From an uncultured bacterium (GTDB taxonomy: Bacteria > Acidobacteriota > HRBIN11 > JAKEFK01), in contig CAVZQN010000004.1 in assembly GCA_963777505.1 (NCBI GenBank), positions 1,472,001-1,536,000 on the forward strand: 64,000 nucleotides of DNA. The letters are read 5' to 3'. The notes beneath the pieces are model-generated. The model ran no database searches. It was not told the DNA's origin and was given only the letters and a program-made list of their open reading frames with translations. Positions 59,330 through 64,000 of this stretch are shown piece after piece. A program made the translations under genes and the position numbers. Positions within the stretch are counted from its first letter, which is position 1. Each line of letters begins with the position of its first letter.

Positions 59330-60313
59330 ATGAGTATAGTAACATTTATTGAAGTACGGGACGGACAGGCAAAGAAGGCTTCGTTAGAAGCGCTTTCCGA
59401 AGCAAGGAGACAGGCCGATCAAAAAGGCTTGAAATCAATCGCTGTCGTTGTTGGTTCGCCGGCGGAGTTAGCGGTTCAAAAGGTATCAGGTTACAAGCCT
59501 GATAAAATTCTTGTTGCAGATGACCCTTTATTTAGTTCCTATTCGGCCGAGAGTTATTCCGCGGCTCTAGCTGCTGCCGTTAAGCAGGAAAATGCCCGCG
59601 CGATTTTTGTATCTGCTACTTCGATGGGCAAAGAAGTAGTAGCACGGACAGCCGCGAAGTTTCAGACAAGCGTACTGTCTGATATTGTCGCGCTTGAATG
59701 GGGTGATTCAATCAAAGCACGGCGTCCAGTTTATTCAGGCAAAGCCTATGCCGAAGTTGAGTCAAAAGGTGATAAACCTGTATTCATTTCTTTAAGGCCC
59801 AATGTATTTCCCGCTGCTTCACCGGATTCATCACACAAACCGGAAACCGCTAAGTTGGATGCTGGGATTACTCCGGATCAGGTCCGCGCTAAAGTGAAAG
59901 AAGTACACAAAACAGTGAATGATACTGTTGAACTCACTGAAGCTGAAATTATTGTTTCGGGAGGGCGTGGTTTGAAGGGTCCTGAAAATTTTCATCTCAT
60001 TAACGAACTTGCAAGCGTTTTAAATGCAGCTGTCGGTGCCTCGCGTGCAATTGTTGATGCTGGATGGGTGGATCATCAACTTCAGGTCGGCCAGACTGGA
60101 AAAGTTGTTTCGCCAACGTTATATATTGCTGCAGGTATCTCAGGTGCAATTCAACATCTCGCAGGCATGTCCTCTTCTAAGTATATTGTGGCGATTAACA
60201 AGGACCCTGATGCACCGATTTTCAAACTTGCAAATTACGGAATCGTGGGAGATGTTTTTCAGATCCTTCCGGCTTTGACTGAGGAAATCAGGAAGTTAAA
60301 GAGCGAAAGTTAA
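59330..60313 (+). CDS. etfA: Electron transfer flavoprotein alpha subunit
   Basis: GGRG, GASRA, QVGQTGK, GISGAIQHLAGM. Confidence 0.95.
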   Translation: MSIVTFIEVRDGQAKKASLEALSEARRQADQKGLKSIAVVVGSPAELAVQKVSGYKPDKILVADDPLFSSYSAESYSAALAAAVKQENARAIFVSATSMGKEVVARTAAKFQTSVLSDIVALEWGDSIKARRPVYSGKAYAEVESKGDKPVFISLRPNVFPAASPDSSHKPETAKLDAGITPDQVRAKVKEVHKTVNDTVELTEAEIIVSGGRGLKGPENFHLINELASVLNAAVGASRAIVDAGWVDHQLQVGQTGKVVSPTLYIAAGISGAIQHLAGMSSSKYIVAINKDPDAPIFKLANYGIVGDVFQILPALTEEIRKLKSES

Positions 60314-60329
60314 CACCCAGGTAAAAACT

Positions 60330-60677
60330 GTGTTAGAGATTGAAACGAAAGTCATCAATCCCGATGAAAATGTCGTATTGATTCAGGTGAAAGGCAGAAT
60401 CGCTTCAGGCGGTGTTGGCAAACTTGAGCAACAACTTGATGATTATGGAAGCGGCAAACCTATCAAATTAATTCTTGATCTTCATGAAGCCGAAGCCATC
60501 GACAGTCAGGGTGTAGGAATGCTGATTAAGGCTCGTTTCGATATCGTTAACAACGGCGGGAAGATTGTTTTACTAGGGCTTACTGACCGTGTTCGTGCTG
60601 TGCTTCGCATCTCTGGGTTAGAAGAATATTTTCTGATTGCACCGGATGAAGCGAAAGCCCTTGAGTTAATCAAATAA
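60330..60677 (+). CDS. STAS-domain anti-sigma factor antagonist
   Basis: GRI, LILDL, IDSQGVG phosphoserine motif. Confidence 0.85.
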   Translation: MLEIETKVINPDENVVLIQVKGRIASGGVGKLEQQLDDYGSGKPIKLILDLHEAEAIDSQGVGMLIKARFDIVNNGGKIVLLGLTDRVRAVLRISGLEEYFLIAPDEAKALELIK

Positions 60678-60710
60678 ATCCTTAACCGCAAAGACTCAAA
60701 GGGCCAGTTC

Positions 60711-61334
60711 TTAACTCTTCACATAAATTGAGGCTTCTTTCTTGAGCTCGGCCAGCCATTCTTTTGTTCTTTCTTGAACGCGCGATTCAGCCAGCTTTGA
60801 TTGAATCAATTCAAAAGCTTCCGCAAAGGGGGGCACTTTTTCTCCTTTGAGTTCCAATTCCGGCTTAAGAACTTCATTGTAGTGAGCTTCAGCATCTTCA
60901 ATTCTGACATTTACGAAGGGACGGAAGCGAATGTTTATGAATTCACGAATGCTGAGTTGTTCGCGAACTTCACGATCAAAATCTTCATAATTCATTCCAA
61001 TCGAATTCAGGAACAGGAGGAATTCTTCCGGGCCGCCTAATTTTCTGGTAAAAGATTCCACGACTTCCTGAATCATTTCACGAGAAACAGTTGGCGGTGG
61101 CTGTCGTTCAATCTGTTGAATGACAAGATGATGATTGATTCTCTGCTCAAGTGGAGTTGGCGCGGGAGGAAGTCCAGAAACATTAAGTGCTAGCTTTTCC
61201 GTTGCGCTTACTTCACTGTGTGTGATGATTTGTTCGTCAACAATGGCTGAGATCTGATCAAGAATCACTGCTGAAGAAAGCGCAGGCGTTGTAAGAATAA
61301 AAGTAAAAATTGAAAGTACAATCTTAAAAAGCAT
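60711..61334 (-). CDS. SurA N-domain-like periplasmic chaperone without PPIase domain
   Basis: Signal peptide, ILDQISAIVDEQIIT.SE, WLAELKKEA.I; coupled to the Omp85 gene. Confidence 0.75.
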   Translation of the reverse strand: MLFKIVLSIFTFILTTPALSSAVILDQISAIVDEQIITHSEVSATEKLALNVSGLPPAPTPLEQRINHHLVIQQIERQPPPTVSREMIQEVVESFTRKLGGPEEFLLFLNSIGMNYEDFDREVREQLSIREFINIRFRPFVNVRIEDAEAHYNEVLKPELELKGEKVPPFAEAFELIQSKLAESRVQERTKEWLAELKKEASIYVKS

Positions 61335-64000
61335 GTCCTACCGACAAAAAGAATTCTGATGCGCTTTCACGTATGGGTGTAAAACGCCGATCCAATTTAT
61401 ATCCCCAATCCAATGTCAGCGGTCCAATTGGTGTTTGATATCGCAAGCCTAAACCCGCAGTCTCTCTCATCCCATCAAAACTGACATCCTCAATCAATTC
61501 GAATGCTGAACCATAATCTATGAAAACAATACCAGCTAGAGATTTAAACAGCGGAAAGCGATATTCAAGGTTTGCGATGACGACTGCATTTCCGCCAAGA
61601 GGCTCTCCATTTTCATCGAGCGGTCCTGCCGTATCGAGTTCAAAGCCGCGAATAGTTCTCCCGCCGCCTGCAAAAAAGCGCCGCGAAAGAGGCAGCTCTA
61701 CAGTTTCGCGGAAACCATGCGCAAGCCCGATACGAAGTGATGAGGCAATTACAGAAGTGTCTCGCACTGTCAAAAAATATTGAAGTTGATTGAACGATTT
61801 CAGGAAATCTGTTTCGGAACCAAGTACATTGGTTGACCATTCTAAACTGGTACTGAAGAATGTGCCGTGATACGGATCGATCTGATTGTCTCGCGAGTCG
61901 CGAACATAGGATCCTGTAACGCTGGAGATATGAATATCTAAAAAGCGCCGTTCCTCCGGTGTCAGTTCGGGTGTGCCTTTGTTATTAATATCTTCAAAGG
62001 CATATGTGAAGAAAAGCGAACTCAGTGGAGGTGGTTTTTGACCCACTTCACGAAATGTGGGATCGATTGATAATTTCTTTTCGATCAAAAGGGTTGTACC
62101 AAAAAGACTGTATGAGAACGTATCTCTGGGTGAACGATTCTCATAGATGCCTGAGACAACTAAAGGTGTTCTTTCACCGAGTAAATGCGGATCATTTAAA
62201 GTCAGCAATCCACGGCCTTCGTTAAAACCTCCGCGAGCTTGAAGCGCAATAATTCGATCCAATCCGAGCCAATTTCGATTCGAAATTGAAAACACGCCAT
62301 TCAGTTTGTTGTATGATTCGAATCCACCTCCGTAGGTAATCGTATATGGCCTTGATTCAACTAACCGGATTCGAAGAGGTTGATGAGGTCTCAAGTTATC
62401 CGGACGTGGTATTTCGATATCAACACGATCAAATATTTCCAGCGCATAAAGTTTGCTTTGACTCGCCGCAATTTTTCGAAGGCTTAAAGGATCGTCTTCC
62501 TGAAAAAGAAGTGTCTTCTGGACAATCCCTAATTTTGTACGGTAATTCCCGCTGACTACGATACGATCTACAAAAATCTGTTCGCCTTCAGTAATGTTGT
62601 ATTCAATGATCGCTCGTGTTTTATCGCGCGAAAGTAATATCCGGTTAACTGCCTGCATCTGCGGATATCCGCGCTCAGAATAAAGGGCTACAATGAAGCG
62701 CGAATCATTTTTGATTTCCGATTCGCTGACAGGATTTCCAACTTTTTGCGAAAGCCGCTCCATCAACTCTTCGGACGAAATCACTTCATTACCTATAAAC
62801 CTGTATTCAGCAAGCAGAACCTGTGGTCCTTCATCAATTGCAAGCGCAACGTCTATTTTTCGATCTGTGGCCCGCCGGATAACTTCGGTTCTTGCAAATC
62901 GAGCAAACAAGAATCCACGTTCCCGGTAGGCTGCAAGTATTTTTGATTGGTCTGTTTCAAAATCCCTTTGAACAAGATGCTTTGAACGTAGCCCGCTTTC
63001 CTTTGTTGAAATCAAATCCAAAATTTCCTCTTCAGAAAGATTTTGGTTACCTGAAATAGAAATGTCTGCAACTTCATATTTTGGACCCGGCTCAATTTCA
63101 TAACGAATGAGGATGCTTTCATTTGTCAGAATTTTCTTGTATTCGATTTCTGCATCGTAATATCCTTTCCGTTGAAGAAGCGGTGTCAGATTCCGCTTTC
63201 CTTCTTCAAGAGTATCGTCGTTATAACTATGTTCAACGCGTATTGGAATATTTTCATTAATTTCATTCTGGGAAAGTTTTAAGCCTTCAACTTCCAACGT
63301 AAGCGGCTTTCCTGCATTGATTTCAATTTCAATATGAATCCGATTCGACGCATCGACTTCCTTTTTCTTTTCAATGATTTCATGTTCAAGAAATCCGCGT
63401 TTGTCATACAACTCTTCAATGCGTTCCAGATCGCGCTTAAATTTGTGGGGCCGAAAACGGTGTCCTGGAGTTGACTTCATTAAAGAGCTGAGAGTGTGAT
63501 GAGGGAAGTGGGGAGATCCTGAAAAGACAAGTTCACTAACATATATCGGCTGACCTGGATTGACGAAATATGTAACCTCTGTTCGCTTCTCCGAACGCAA
63601 CAAAAGTACGTCCGGTGTAACTCGCGCTTGAAGATAACCATCGTTTTGAAGGGCTTCCAGAAGTTGTTCTCTTCCTTTTAAGACTTTTTCAGGAAGATAT
63701 GGTTCAAACTTTCTCAACGTTAAAGCCTTTTTGATTTTCCTATAAGATGGTCCGCCCTCGCCTTTTACTTTGATGGATTGAAAACGATAAATCAGTCTGA
63801 GGATAAACGTGAGTTCTACGCGGTCCTCTTTCTTTTGAGCATCAACAAGAATGTTGGAAAAGTTTCCAGTTGCGTATAGAAGTTCAATTGATTTCCGTAC
63901 CTTGGATGTAGTGAGAATGTCAACGTTCGGAGTGAATTCAATCAAATCCAACAAAACCTGTTTGTTGATTGGTCCATCAGCTTGAACGTGAATTGCCCCT
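61324..64000 (-). CDS. Omp85-family (BamA/TamA-like) protein with many POTRA domains, 5'-truncated
   Basis: Repeated Y...GF/GY and I.EG POTRA motifs, FFAGG..IRGF, TPIGP, C-terminal GHAF; frame stays open to the window end. Confidence 0.92.
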   Translation of the reverse strand, partial: GAIHVQADGPINKQVLLDLIEFTPNVDILTTSKVRKSIELLYATGNFSNILVDAQKKEDRVELTFILRLIYRFQSIKVKGEGGPSYRKIKKALTLRKFEPYLPEKVLKGREQLLEALQNDGYLQARVTPDVLLLRSEKRTEVTYFVNPGQPIYVSELVFSGSPHFPHHTLSSLMKSTPGHRFRPHKFKRDLERIEELYDKRGFLEHEIIEKKKEVDASNRIHIEIEINAGKPLTLEVEGLKLSQNEINENIPIRVEHSYNDDTLEEGKRNLTPLLQRKGYYDAEIEYKKILTNESILIRYEIEPGPKYEVADISISGNQNLSEEEILDLISTKESGLRSKHLVQRDFETDQSKILAAYRERGFLFARFARTEVIRRATDRKIDVALAIDEGPQVLLAEYRFIGNEVISSEELMERLSQKVGNPVSESEIKNDSRFIVALYSERGYPQMQAVNRILLSRDKTRAIIEYNITEGEQIFVDRIVVSGNYRTKLGIVQKTLLFQEDDPLSLRKIAASQSKLYALEIFDRVDIEIPRPDNLRPHQPLRIRLVESRPYTITYGGGFESYNKLNGVFSISNRNWLGLDRIIALQARGGFNEGRGLLTLNDPHLLGERTPLVVSGIYENRSPRDTFSYSLFGTTLLIEKKLSIDPTFREVGQKPPPLSSLFFTYAFEDINNKGTPELTPEERRFLDIHISSVTGSYVRDSRDNQIDPYHGTFFSTSLEWSTNVLGSETDFLKSFNQLQYFLTVRDTSVIASSLRIGLAHGFRETVELPLSRRFFAGGGRTIRGFELDTAGPLDENGEPLGGNAVVIANLEYRFPLFKSLAGIVFIDYGSAFELIEDVSFDGMRETAGLGLRYQTPIGPLTLDWGYKLDRRFTPIRESASEFFLSVGHAF

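Noticed and set aside
1-64000. Prophage, IS, integron, tRNA or rRNA
   Set aside because: No integrase, transposase or phage genes and no tRNA/rRNA-like sequence recognised by eye; a tRNAscan/Infernal run would be needed to exclude small RNAs fully.

Overview
Bacterial chromosomal segment, about 43% GC by eye, from a diderm organism (lptD, BamA/TamA-type Omp85); gene content is Acidobacteriota-like but taxonomy is inferred only. Mostly core and accessory metabolism: mutL, der, MglA-type GTPase, class II photolyase, arginase, zwf-opcA, a sigma54/two-component signalling cluster, GH63 glucosidase, TPR + Ser/Thr kinase pair, an lptD-rml-NDP-sugar operon, tatD-fur, HNH nuclease, the yceD-rpmF-plsX-fab cluster, etfBA. 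No rRNA, tRNA, CRISPR array, integrase or transposase was seen. Main leads: (1) a putative prenyl-alcohol salvage module at the end of the lptD-rml operon (farnesol-dehydrogenase-like SDR next to a phytol/farnesol-kinase + DUF92 fusion hidden by a 1-nt frameshift); (2) a near-consensus promoter, leader uORF and overlapping terminator (attenuator) in front of the HNH gene; (3) a sigma54 promoter with enhancer sites driving a structured ~95-nt sRNA candidate just downstream of the NtrC-type regulator; (4) an orphan Fur box after fur; (5) several families of REP-like and simple-sequence inverted repeats, some of which supply stop or start codons. Family assignments come from motif recognition and recall, not database searches.
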